Part shown: positions 37,137-44,790 of the stretch, in pieces
Position numbering within the stretch: the stretch's first letter is position 1
Layout of the letters: every line of letters starts with the position of its first letter
The notes under the pieces: model-generated
The model's database searches: none
The model's input: the letters and a program-made list of their open reading frames with translations, nothing else
What the model was told of the DNA's origin: nothing
From: Candidatus Nomurabacteria bacterium
GTDB taxonomy: Bacteria > Patescibacteriota > WWE3 > UBA101185 > UBA10185
Length of the DNA: 64,000 nucleotides
NCBI GenBank assembly: GCA_020631855.1
Contig: JACKGU010000002.1
Coordinates: 89,188-153,187, forward strand
Reading direction: 5' to 3'
Translations under genes and position numbers: made by a program

Positions 37137-37400
37137 ATGAATATGAAATCATGCCTAACAAATGAAGACCCTAATATCTTTTCAACAAGTGATTTGCATT
37201 TAGCAATTTCCTTATCTTTTTTTCACAATATTGTTGGATTAGATAATTCATCACCAAACAGAATCAAATTTCTTTTTGATTACTCTGCATCTCTAGAAAA
37301 AACAATTGAAGATTATTGGAATGGAAAACTCCTAGTAGACCCAAAAGGTTTTAGTAATAAATTATCCGAGTTCAAAACTCGTATTCGAACAGGTCTTTGA
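37137..37400 (+). CDS. Hypothetical small protein
   Basis: 87-aa ORF. Confidence 0.3.
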   Translation: MNMKSCLTNEDPNIFSTSDLHLAISLSFFHNIVGLDNSSPNRIKFLFDYSASLEKTIEDYWNGKLLVDPKGFSNKLSEFKTRIRTGL

Positions 37401-37401
37401 A

Positions 37402-37569
37402 ATGGAGCTAAGTAGTAATTTAGTTAACGAATTGAAACAGATTCTCAAAGAAGAGTTTGGATTGGACTTAACATCCGAGCAAATTTTGGCTCTTGGTTCA
37501 AACCTAACCCAACTTTTTGAGGCTTTGTTAGAGATTGTTACTAAGAAAGGAAGTGATTCAAACATGTGA
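37402..37569 (+). CDS. Small helical protein (55 aa) immediately upstream of the integrase; candidate recombination directionality factor
   Basis: ATG at 37402; MELSSNLVNELKQILKEEFGLDLTSEQILALGSNLTQLFEALLEIVTKKGSDSNM. Not in the track (<60 aa). Confidence 0.3.
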   Translation: MELSSNLVNELKQILKEEFGLDLTSEQILALGSNLTQLFEALLEIVTKKGSDSNM

Positions 37570-37646
37570 AACCCAAGTCAAATGCTACTTACAAAGTAGC
37601 CCATGCGTTGCATTATGTAATAAATTGATATGAAAGTAATATTGAA

Positions 37647-39308
37647 ATGAAAAAATACGAAAATAAAACAGCTGTTATCCTCTGCCGAGTAAGTTCAAAA
37701 GAACAAGAAAAAGAGGGTTATTCTCTACCTTCCCAAGAAAAATTGTTAAAAAGTTATAGCGATAAAGAGAAGCTAAATGTTGTTAAGACTTATACGTTCT
37801 CTGAATCTGCTAGAGCCTCTTCTGAAAGGGTGTATTTTAAGCAAATGATGGAGTATGTAAAAAAGCAAAACATACACGTTATTGTTTGTGAAAAAGTAGA
37901 CCGCGCAACTAGAAATTTAAAAGATACTCAGGTTTTATACGATTGGCTAGAGGGCAACCCAGATAGACAAATACACTCTGTAAAAGATTCAATTGTTCTA
38001 CATAAAAACTCTAAATCTCAGGAAAAGCTAAATTGGGATATTAGAGTAATTTTTGCAAAGAACTATGTAGATAACCTATCTGAGGAAGTTAAAAAAGGTC
38101 AAATTGAAAAGCTAGAGAAAGGTTGGTTACCTACAAGTCCTCCTTTAGGTTATAAGACAATTGGTGAGGAAGGTAAAAGAATTCATATTCCAGATGAAGC
38201 CACAAAGCACTTTGCTAAAAGTCTTTTCGAACTATATGGAAGTGGTACCTATACATTATCTCAATTAGTGGATTTATTGTTTGAAGAGGGCCTTAGAACA
38301 CCGACTGGTAAAAAATACTCAAAGAGTATGCTTTATAGATGTTTACAGAATCCTTTTTATATTGGTTACAACAGATGGAATGGAAATGATTTTCCAGGTA
38401 ATCAAGAAACATTTATTAGCCCATCTTTATATGAAACTGTTCAATCAAGACTAAAAAGAAATGGTTCTCAAAAATTCATTAAACATAACCACTTATTGCG
38501 TAGCATGGCTGTCTGTAAAGAATGTGGAGGAACAATTACATGGGAACTAAAGAAAGGAACTGTCTACGGCCATTGTGGTCGTAGGCAGGGCTGTTCCCAA
38601 ACAAAATGTGGTAAAGAACATGAATTTGAAGAAAAGATTATAAATGAGATGGAAAATCTAGTAATCAAGAATAAACGTGTCTTAGATTGGGTAAGCAAAG
38701 CTCTTAAAGAGAATCACAAAGATGAAATTAATGCCTACAACTACTCGGTTGAAGAATTAACTAAACAAGAAGAAAAAATAACAGAAAGACTTAGCCAAAT
38801 TTACGATGATAAGTTAGATGGCAAGATAGATGAGTCTTTTTATAACTTAAAAATGGAACAATACACCACTGAAAGAACTGAAATTCAAAAACAAAGGACA
38901 AGATTAGCAGATAGAAACACAAAGTATTATGAGATAGGTTCCCTAATATATGATATCGCTCAAAATGCGCCAAAGATTTATAAAGAGTGTAAAGATGTTG
39001 ATAAAAAGAGAAAAATTTTAGGAATAATCTTCAGAACTTTTCAACAAGAAAATGGCGAACTTGTAGAATTGCAGTTATCAAAGCCTTTTGAAACGCTCAA
39101 AAAAGCAGTAAGTATTACTAACAGTTCGAACTTGGTTAAAAATGAGGAGTTGCAAAAAGAGATTTTAGAACTCGGGGATTTTGTTGCTGTGGAAGCAAAT
39201 AAAGAGTCTTTTTCTGATGATTGTTCTCCATGGCTGGGGGACAGGGATTCGAACCCCAATTTTCGGGACCAAAACCCGACGTGCTACCCTTACACCATCC
39301 CCCAATGA
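37647..39308 (+). CDS. Large serine recombinase (integrase)
   Basis: 553 aa. N-terminal resolvase catalytic domain (AVILCRVSSKEQ), recombinase domain, zinc ribbon CKECGG...CGRRQGCSQTKCG, coiled coil. The last ~25 codons are antisense to tRNA-Gln. Confidence 0.85.
   Translation: MKKYENKTAVILCRVSSKEQEKEGYSLPSQEKLLKSYSDKEKLNVVKTYTFSESARASSERVYFKQMMEYVKKQNIHVIVCEKVDRATRNLKDTQVLYDWLEGNPDRQIHSVKDSIVLHKNSKSQEKLNWDIRVIFAKNYVDNLSEEVKKGQIEKLEKGWLPTSPPLGYKTIGEEGKRIHIPDEATKHFAKSLFELYGSGTYTLSQLVDLLFEEGLRTPTGKKYSKSMLYRCLQNPFYIGYNRWNGNDFPGNQETFISPSLYETVQSRLKRNGSQKFIKHNHLLRSMAVCKECGGTITWELKKGTVYGHCGRRQGCSQTKCGKEHEFEEKIINEMENLVIKNKRVLDWVSKALKENHKDEINAYNYSVEELTKQEEKITERLSQIYDDKLDGKIDESFYNLKMEQYTTERTEIQKQRTRLADRNTKYYEIGSLIYDIAQNAPKIYKECKDVDKKRKILGIIFRTFQQENGELVELQLSKPFETLKKAVSITNSSNLVKNEELQKEILELGDFVAVEANKESFSDDCSPWLGDRDSNPNFRDQNPTCYPYTIPQ
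39231..39304 (-). tRNA. tRNA-Gln (anticodon UUG)
   Basis: Sense: TGGGGGA-TG-GTG-TAAGGGTAG-CAC-G-TCGGG-TTTTGGT-CCCGA-AAAT-TGGGG-TTCGAAT-CCCTG-TCCCCCA-G-CCA. U1-A72 is typical of Gln. CCA is encoded. Confidence 0.85.
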
Positions 39309-39462
39309 ATACATAAATACCCGAATATTATAACATCAAGTTATTGTTTTTAGCTATAACAGTCATCTTTCGCCAGCCTCAAGTACTTTAAATGCAAATA
39401 TAGCCTCTTGGTAGTGCTTTCAGTACGGTGTAATTTCTCTCTGATCTGTGTAGAATATTTGT

Positions 39463-40449
39463 ATGGGGACGGATATTGCCACAAGAATTAAAAGTGCTTC
39501 AAATACTGCAGTTATAAATAAGGTGCGATATTTAACAGCTACTGTTCTTGAAATAACACTCTCCCCTGCTCCGGTATTTATTCCGGGGCAATTTATAAAT
39601 GTGCTCATACCAAATAACGAAGTCCCTAAAGCACTTGTTCCGGGCAATTTAGTAGGAAAGCTGGGTATTGAAAATATTTTAGTTTCAAAAGCTGGTTTGC
39701 AAAACGGCTTCTCCGGCCCTGATTTTACAAGAAATCCAAAATTTCGTTCGTACTCTATCTGTACCACGAACTACAGTTCAAACACATTTAGGCTCATAAT
39801 TTCAGTTGGGCATATCGGTTTAGGCTCTTTGTATTTTAAGAGTTTAAAGCAGGGAGATTCTATTTCGTATATCGGGCCAACAGGAAAATTTAGTTTTCAT
39901 ACATCCGCTATCTCTGTCGACGTAAGTTTAGCCGATGCACAGAAAAATCGTCCGCGTTCTGCAAGCGTATCGGCGTCTTACCCGTCTCCTGTTTTGGATT
40001 CTGCTTCTAGCGAATCCTCTGTTGGCGATAGAGCAGTTTTTATAGTAACGGGCACCGGCATTTCGCCCATTATATCTATGCTGGCTTATTCTAAAGAGCA
40101 CGACATTAGTGGAGATTTTAAGCTATATTGGGGCTTGAGATCAGAGAAAGACATTTTTTATCTTAGTGAGCTTGAATATTTTTCTCGGGAATTAGGCTTA
40201 ACTTACAAAATTTGCCTCTCAAAGCCTTTAGGGTCCCCGGCGGGCCGAATCCTCGGCGAATCGAATTTTGCTGATGGCAGGGTAACAGAAAATATCTTAG
40301 GGCTTTTTAATTGCGATAAGTATTTAAATTACACATATTATGTTTGTGGCAACCCCTCGGCTGTGTTGGACGTTATTGAACTGCTGAGAAAAAAAGGCAT
40401 ATGCGCTTCTAACATCTATAGCGAGGGCTTTACTCAAGCAAGTAGTTAA
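39463..40449 (+). CDS. Ferredoxin-NADP reductase-like oxidoreductase (FAD-binding FR-type plus NAD-binding domain)
   Basis: RSYSI ... GPTGKF FAD-binding motifs and IVTGTGISP NAD-binding motif. Contains a Ser-rich low-complexity insert. Confidence 0.65.
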   Translation: MGTDIATRIKSASNTAVINKVRYLTATVLEITLSPAPVFIPGQFINVLIPNNEVPKALVPGNLVGKLGIENILVSKAGLQNGFSGPDFTRNPKFRSYSICTTNYSSNTFRLIISVGHIGLGSLYFKSLKQGDSISYIGPTGKFSFHTSAISVDVSLADAQKNRPRSASVSASYPSPVLDSASSESSVGDRAVFIVTGTGISPIISMLAYSKEHDISGDFKLYWGLRSEKDIFYLSELEYFSRELGLTYKICLSKPLGSPAGRILGESNFADGRVTENILGLFNCDKYLNYTYYVCGNPSAVLDVIELLRKKGICASNIYSEGFTQASS

Positions 40450-40491
40450 AATTTACTGCGTAATTTTTTTATTTAATGGTTGCGCAAAATT

Positions 40492-40568
40492 TGGTGGGCT
40501 CACCAGGGCTCGAACCTGGGACCTCTCGGATGTAAACCGAACGCTCTAACCAACTGAGCTATGAGCCC
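40492..40568 (-). tRNA. tRNA-Val (anticodon UAC)
   Basis: Sense: GGGCTCA-TA-GCTCAGTTGGTTAGAGC-G-TTCGG-TTTACAT-CCGAG-AGGTC-CCAGG-TTCGAGC-CCTGG-TGAGCCC-A-CCA. Confidence 0.9.
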
Positions 40569-40576
40569 GAACAATT

Positions 40577-40612
40577 AAAAAGGGCAGTTGGATGGGTTTG
40601 TATTTCGCCCTT
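40577..40612 (-). terminator. Rho-independent terminator of the gene ending at 40629
   Basis: On the minus strand: AAGGGC-(22-nt loop)-GCCCTT followed by TTTTTTAATT. Confidence 0.55.
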
Positions 40613-40628
40613 AAGCAACCAAATAGTA

Positions 40629-41240
40629 TCATATTTTTATATCTTCACAAACAATATTTTCCAGCCTATTACTAATAATATTGTCGCCGCCAATTTCTGC
40701 GAATCTTCTTGCAAGATAGTCACAATCAATTTTAACCTTTTTCATAATTTGAAGTATATCTTCACGGTCACGTTTGTATTTCTCTTTACCCCTAAATAAA
40801 ATTGCTTTAAACAAGATTAGATCCGCAGGATTAAGTATCGTAATTTCCAATTCCCCTAGCTGCGCTTTTAAGGCATGCTCTTGTGAAAGTTTTGTAAATT
40901 CAAAATTATAGCTTCTTCCAACTGAGTACACCTCCCCTCCTTCCACTACCTCAATATCTTTGTGAGCAAAAGGGAAAATTGAAGCCCCCTCAAAATTTTC
41001 TTTATCGTATGTAATTATGCTCCTGGGAAATAGTTCCAAGAACTTTTTAGTTTGAGTTCTATCTAAAATAAAGTCTCCGTCTGTGGGCTTTCTGTAGCCG
41101 GTAAGCAGTGATACCAGAGAGCCCGATGTAAGTGCATATTTTATGTTATTCGTATTCGCGATCTTAATAAAGTTTGCAAAATTATTTAGCTTTAATAGTT
41201 CGTTAATACAAAAAACTTTGAGCACCTTACTTTTTCGCAC
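40629..41240 (-). CDS. Nucleotidyltransferase-fold protein (hG[GS]...DxD)
   Basis: YALTSGSLVSLLTGYRKPTDGDFIL resembles the NTase motif. Low certainty. Confidence 0.4.
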   Translation of the reverse strand: MRKSKVLKVFCINELLKLNNFANFIKIANTNNIKYALTSGSLVSLLTGYRKPTDGDFILDRTQTKKFLELFPRSIITYDKENFEGASIFPFAHKDIEVVEGGEVYSVGRSYNFEFTKLSQEHALKAQLGELEITILNPADLILFKAILFRGKEKYKRDREDILQIMKKVKIDCDYLARRFAEIGGDNIISNRLENIVCEDIKI

Positions 41241-41254
41241 CCCTTTTACATTTA

Positions 41255-41372
41255 TAATTTAGTTACTCAACACTACCTGCATAAGCTAACCGATGTAGTT
41301 TACCCAACATGTTAGTCTTTGCACAGCAAAGATACTACGGCAAACCTCCTCCGTAAGCTGTTGAATGCTGGT
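41255..41372 (+). repeat. ~120-nt structured intergenic repeat, copy C
   Basis: TAATTTAGTTACTCAACACTACCTGCATAAGCTAACCGATGTAGTTTACCCAACATGTTAGT...CCTCCTCCGTAAGCTG. Confidence 0.7.
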
Positions 41373-41585
41373 TTTTGATTCGGGAAGGTCGTTTTAAGTT
41401 TAAGCGATTGAGTAGATATTGTTTTTGTAGAATAATCTGGGCGGACGTTTTCTGTCATTGTAAAAAGTATAGCAACTTTATCTTTAAGGGTATATGCCTA
41501 TTAAAGCACCCGACTCGAGCTTTTCTTAATTGAGGCGTGTTTTTGAAATTCTTGTAAGAATCCATAACTATGTGAGCAACTGTTC

Positions 41586-42218
41586 TTAAAGTGTTATTAC
41601 TAACTCTTGTTCTTCTAGTCTCACCTTACTTCTTTTTGCAGCCTCGTCCTCGCTTGATCTGAAACCGAGCGCGCAGCAAACTGAAGATTTTAAATTGTAG
41701 TCCTTAAGAGATAGTATCTCATCGACAGAATCCTTGTTAAATCCTTCCATGGGGCACGCATCAATCTTATTTTGTGCTGCCGCATCAAGAAGAAATCCTA
41801 GTGCTATATAGACCTGCCTCGAGGCCCAGGTCTGTACTTGTTCTGGGGACATTGATTCAATAGCTTTTAGCATTCCTGTTCTGTATCCTTCCAGGCTCTC
41901 TTCAGAAACTTTTCTAACTTCCGAAATCTTCCTTATGTAGTTGTCTACCATTTTTTCATTAATGTCTGTTCTGTAGCAAAGAACTACAAACATCGATGAC
42001 TCTGTTACCTGGGGCTGGTTATAGCAAGCTTCCCTAAGCTTCTCGAGAAGTTGAGCATCTTCAACTAAAATAAACTTGTAGGGCTGTAGACCGAACGAAG
42101 ATGGGGCAAGAATGAGAGTATTAATTAAAAGTTGCATTTGATCTGCAGTTAATTTTCTTGAAACATCAAATTTTTTTGTTGCGTATCTGTTTTTTAGATT
42201 ATTTATGTATTCTTCCAT
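41586..42218 (-). CDS. Nitroreductase family protein
   Basis: 210 aa. N-terminal RYATKKF ... APSSFGLQPYKFILV nitroreductase signature. Confidence 0.85.
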   Translation of the reverse strand: MEEYINNLKNRYATKKFDVSRKLTADQMQLLINTLILAPSSFGLQPYKFILVEDAQLLEKLREACYNQPQVTESSMFVVLCYRTDINEKMVDNYIRKISEVRKVSEESLEGYRTGMLKAIESMSPEQVQTWASRQVYIALGFLLDAAAQNKIDACPMEGFNKDSVDEILSLKDYNLKSSVCCALGFRSSEDEAAKRSKVRLEEQELVITL

Positions 42219-42242
42219 TACTATATATTATCTTATTTTTTA

Positions 42243-42358
42243 TAATTTCGTTACTCAAACCTACCTACGCAAACTGGCAGATGTAGTTTACCCAACATGT
42301 TGAGCTTTGCAGCGCAAAGAAATTACAGTAAGCCACCTGCGTAAGCTGGTGGTAGTTG
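42243..42358 (+). repeat. ~120-nt structured intergenic repeat, copy D (complete)
   Basis: TAATTTCGTTACTCAAACCTACCTACGCAAACTGGCAGATGTAGTTTACCCAACATGTTGAGCTTTGCAGCGCAAAGAAATTACAGTAAGCCACCTGCGTAAGCTGGTGGTAGTTGA. Confidence 0.75.
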
Positions 42359-42448
42359 ATAATTTCGTTACTCAAACCTACCTACGCAAGCTAGCAGATG
42401 TAGTTTACCCAACATGTTGGGTTTTGCAGCGTAAAGAAATTACAGCAG
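42359..42448 (+). repeat. ~120-nt repeat, copy E (tandem to D, 3'-truncated)
   Basis: Same 5' 90 nt as copy D. Lacks the terminal CCACCTGCGTAAGCTGG arm. Confidence 0.7.
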
Positions 42449-42526
42449 GAAATTAGGGATTTTCGTAGATATCGGTTGGTTGTTTTAAAGGTTAAATAGT
42501 TGTAATCTAATAATCGCAGATAACTT

Positions 42527-43270
42527 ATGTTTACTACTTTTATATATATATTCTCATCTACCATTTTACTTAGCGCTCTTTCCTTTTTTGGTGCGGTTAT
42601 CTTGGCAGTAAACCGTAAAAGCTTAACTAGAATACTTTTTGGGTTTGTGGCTTTATCGGCAGGCACCCTACTGGGAGGGGCTTTTTTACATCTTATGCCG
42701 GAGGGAGTTAGATCGCTGGATCCTGTACTTTTTTTTAGAATCACTCTAGTTTCTTTTGTCGCATTTTTTGTTGTTGAGAAAATAATACATTGGCACCACT
42801 GCCATGACAGCGACTGCGACGTGCACTCTTTTGGGTACATGAACTTATTTGGAGACGCAGTGCATAATTTTATGGACGGGCTCATTATTGCCTTGGCATT
42901 TTTAACAAGTCCTGTTATTGGAGTAACTACTACCCTTGCCTTGGCTTTACATGAGTTACCTCAAGAAATAGGAGATTTTGGAGTATTGTTGCATGCCGGA
43001 TTTAGTGCTCAGAAGGCGTTATTCTATAACTTTATGGTGGGTCTTTTCTCTTTGTTGGGGGGTGTGCTTGGTTTTTTTCTACTTAGCAGAACGCCTTCTA
43101 TAATTTCTTATCTATTACCCGTTGCTACGGCGTCTTTATTATATGTTGCCACTTCTGATCTTCTGCCTGAACTAAAAAATGAAACCGGCCTAAAAAACAC
43201 TTTTATTTTAACCTCAATTATCTTTTTCGGTATCTGTCTAATGTATGTGCTGTCACTTTACTCTGGTTAA
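42527..43270 (+). CDS. zupT: ZIP family zinc transporter
   Basis: 247 aa, 8 TM. HHCHDSDCDVH and ALHELPQEIGDFGVL ZIP signature. Confidence 0.85.
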   Translation: MFTTFIYIFSSTILLSALSFFGAVILAVNRKSLTRILFGFVALSAGTLLGGAFLHLMPEGVRSLDPVLFFRITLVSFVAFFVVEKIIHWHHCHDSDCDVHSFGYMNLFGDAVHNFMDGLIIALAFLTSPVIGVTTTLALALHELPQEIGDFGVLLHAGFSAQKALFYNFMVGLFSLLGGVLGFFLLSRTPSIISYLLPVATASLLYVATSDLLPELKNETGLKNTFILTSIIFFGICLMYVLSLYSG

Positions 43271-43390
43271 GGTTTGTTAAATAAGAACATGCAAAAAGCT
43301 AATAAGACATGAAGCTTTCTTATTACGTGCTTTGGCGCCATTGCTATAATAACTAATTTGCACTTGTTGCATAATTCAAATATATGCTAT

Positions 43391-43423
43391 ATTCTAGAAT
43401 TTTAGAATGCAAAATTCTAAAAT
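43391..43423. promoter_or_regulatory. Operator-like palindromes
   Basis: ATTCTAGAAT is self-complementary. TTTTAGAAT-gcaaa-ATTCTAAAA is a 9-bp inverted repeat. AAATTCTAAAAG recurs at 43547. Confidence 0.4.
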
Positions 43424-43558
43424 TAAGACCTTATTTAATCAAAACGCTACAAACATTCGTCAACTAAAACTTATAATTACGGAACTCTCCTCTAAAATAC
43501 ACGAAAAGTTGCGTATTTTGTTTTTATATGGCCGTTTTTCTACGGACAAAAATTCTAA

Positions 43559-43584
43559 AAGAACCTTCGGGTTCTTTTTTTTAT
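43559..43584 (+). terminator. Rho-independent terminator
   Basis: GAACCTTCGGGTTC hairpin followed by T8. Lies within the dubious ORF 43407..43682. Confidence 0.6.
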
Positions 43585-43641
43585 TTTATATAGCTTTGAT
43601 CTTTTCTTCACTATCAAACAAATTAGGTAATAATTTCGCGC

Positions 43642-44751
43642 TTGTGCGCACTAAGAACGGAGAATTGTATGCAGGATATTAACATGACAGTTCAAGGAAG
43701 CCCGGTATCTATTTCTTATAAGGAGCACTTTTCAAACCTCGTAAAGGTTGCTGAGGCTCTTTCTTTTGGTTTTTCGGAACACTACAGAAGTTCAGGGCTT
43801 ACTTATGTAGACGCCCCGGAAATCGTTGGAATTACCGGTGCTTGCGAAAATGTAGATACTTTATTTAGAGTCAAGGGTAAAAAGGACATTCCGCTATTTT
43901 TTACACAGACCGGTCAGTTATCTCTTGAACAAGCGTTACAAAGTTTTAGTGGTGTATTTACTGTTATTCATTCCGGCAGAGACGAGGATAAAGAAGACTC
44001 CCGTCACTTAAGGCAGTTTAGATTGACTGAAGAGGAGTTTGATTGCACGATGATAGGAATGACCAGGGATAGCTACGACGAAGACGCAATGTATGAGGCG
44101 CTGCTTAGTCACATTGAAGCAGCCATAAAATCCGGTATTTCTTCAGTTTTGAAGTGTACCCCGGAGATACTTGAGCGTTATGGAAGAGATATTTCTACGC
44201 TTGAGAACGCGATTATCCAAGATTTTCATAGAATTAGTTATGAAGATTCAATTAAGCTTCTGAATGATAATGGTTACCCTGAGTTAGTTTTTGGAGACGA
44301 TCTTAAAGAGCACCACGAGGCTGAAATAATAAAACTTATGAACTCGTCAGAGCCTCGTTTGCCCGTATTTATCATGAAATACCCCGAAGAGATTAAATTT
44401 TTTAACATGAAGGAGTATACAAAAGATCCAAAAGTCGTGCTGTCAGCAGATTTAATACTTCCATATTCCGGTGAATCTGTTGGTTCAGCTGTCAGAGAAC
44501 ATGACTATGAGAAGCTGAATGATAGGCTGTTAAGGTCCACAATGTATTCCTTACACGTAAAAAGAGGCGGCTCTTACAAGGACTATGAATGGTACCTAGA
44601 TATTATGAAGAATAAAAAAACAAATCCTCACGCCGGCTATGGCATTGGTAATGAAAGAGTTTTGCAATACATCTTTGGTGAGATAGATATCCGAAACGTG
44701 TCGGTATTCTCCCTACTGAATATTCAAAACAGAGACTGGGAAAAGAAATAA
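43642..44751 (+). CDS. Class-II aminoacyl-tRNA-synthetase-like catalytic-core protein (AsnA / aspartate-ammonia ligase-like)
   Basis: Motif-2-like QFRLTEEEF and motif-3-like GYGIGNERVLQYIFG, with no anticodon-binding domain. The probable start is MTVQGSP rather than 43642. Confidence 0.45.
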   Translation: MCALRTENCMQDINMTVQGSPVSISYKEHFSNLVKVAEALSFGFSEHYRSSGLTYVDAPEIVGITGACENVDTLFRVKGKKDIPLFFTQTGQLSLEQALQSFSGVFTVIHSGRDEDKEDSRHLRQFRLTEEEFDCTMIGMTRDSYDEDAMYEALLSHIEAAIKSGISSVLKCTPEILERYGRDISTLENAIIQDFHRISYEDSIKLLNDNGYPELVFGDDLKEHHEAEIIKLMNSSEPRLPVFIMKYPEEIKFFNMKEYTKDPKVVLSADLILPYSGESVGSAVREHDYEKLNDRLLRSTMYSLHVKRGGSYKDYEWYLDIMKNKKTNPHAGYGIGNERVLQYIFGEIDIRNVSVFSLLNIQNRDWEKK

Positions 44752-44790
44752 TATCTAAAGCGCTTTGTTTTAAACCTCCATTTTTATGGT

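Larger units (their letters stand above)
29246..39304. mobile_element. Putative integrated element at tRNA-Gln (serine integrase, LexA-like repressor, R-M module, unknown cargo)
   Basis: Bounded on the right by an intact tRNA-Gln overlapped by the integrase 3' end, and on the left by tRNA-3'-like repeat e. Further repeat-delimited modules extend left to about 21.8 kb. Confidence 0.5.

Noticed and set aside
39420-39767. 115-aa minus-strand ORF next to tRNA-Gln
   Set aside because: It is antisense to the FNR-like oxidoreductase gene and begins in the tRNA-flanking intergenic region. No support.
42391-42885. 164-aa minus-strand ORF
   Set aside because: It overlaps the well-supported zupT gene and the D/E repeat copies. 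Its composition is not protein-like.
43407-43682. 91-aa + strand ORF
   Set aside because: It reads through a strong intrinsic terminator (43561-43588) and an operator-like palindrome. More likely noncoding leader or sRNA sequence.
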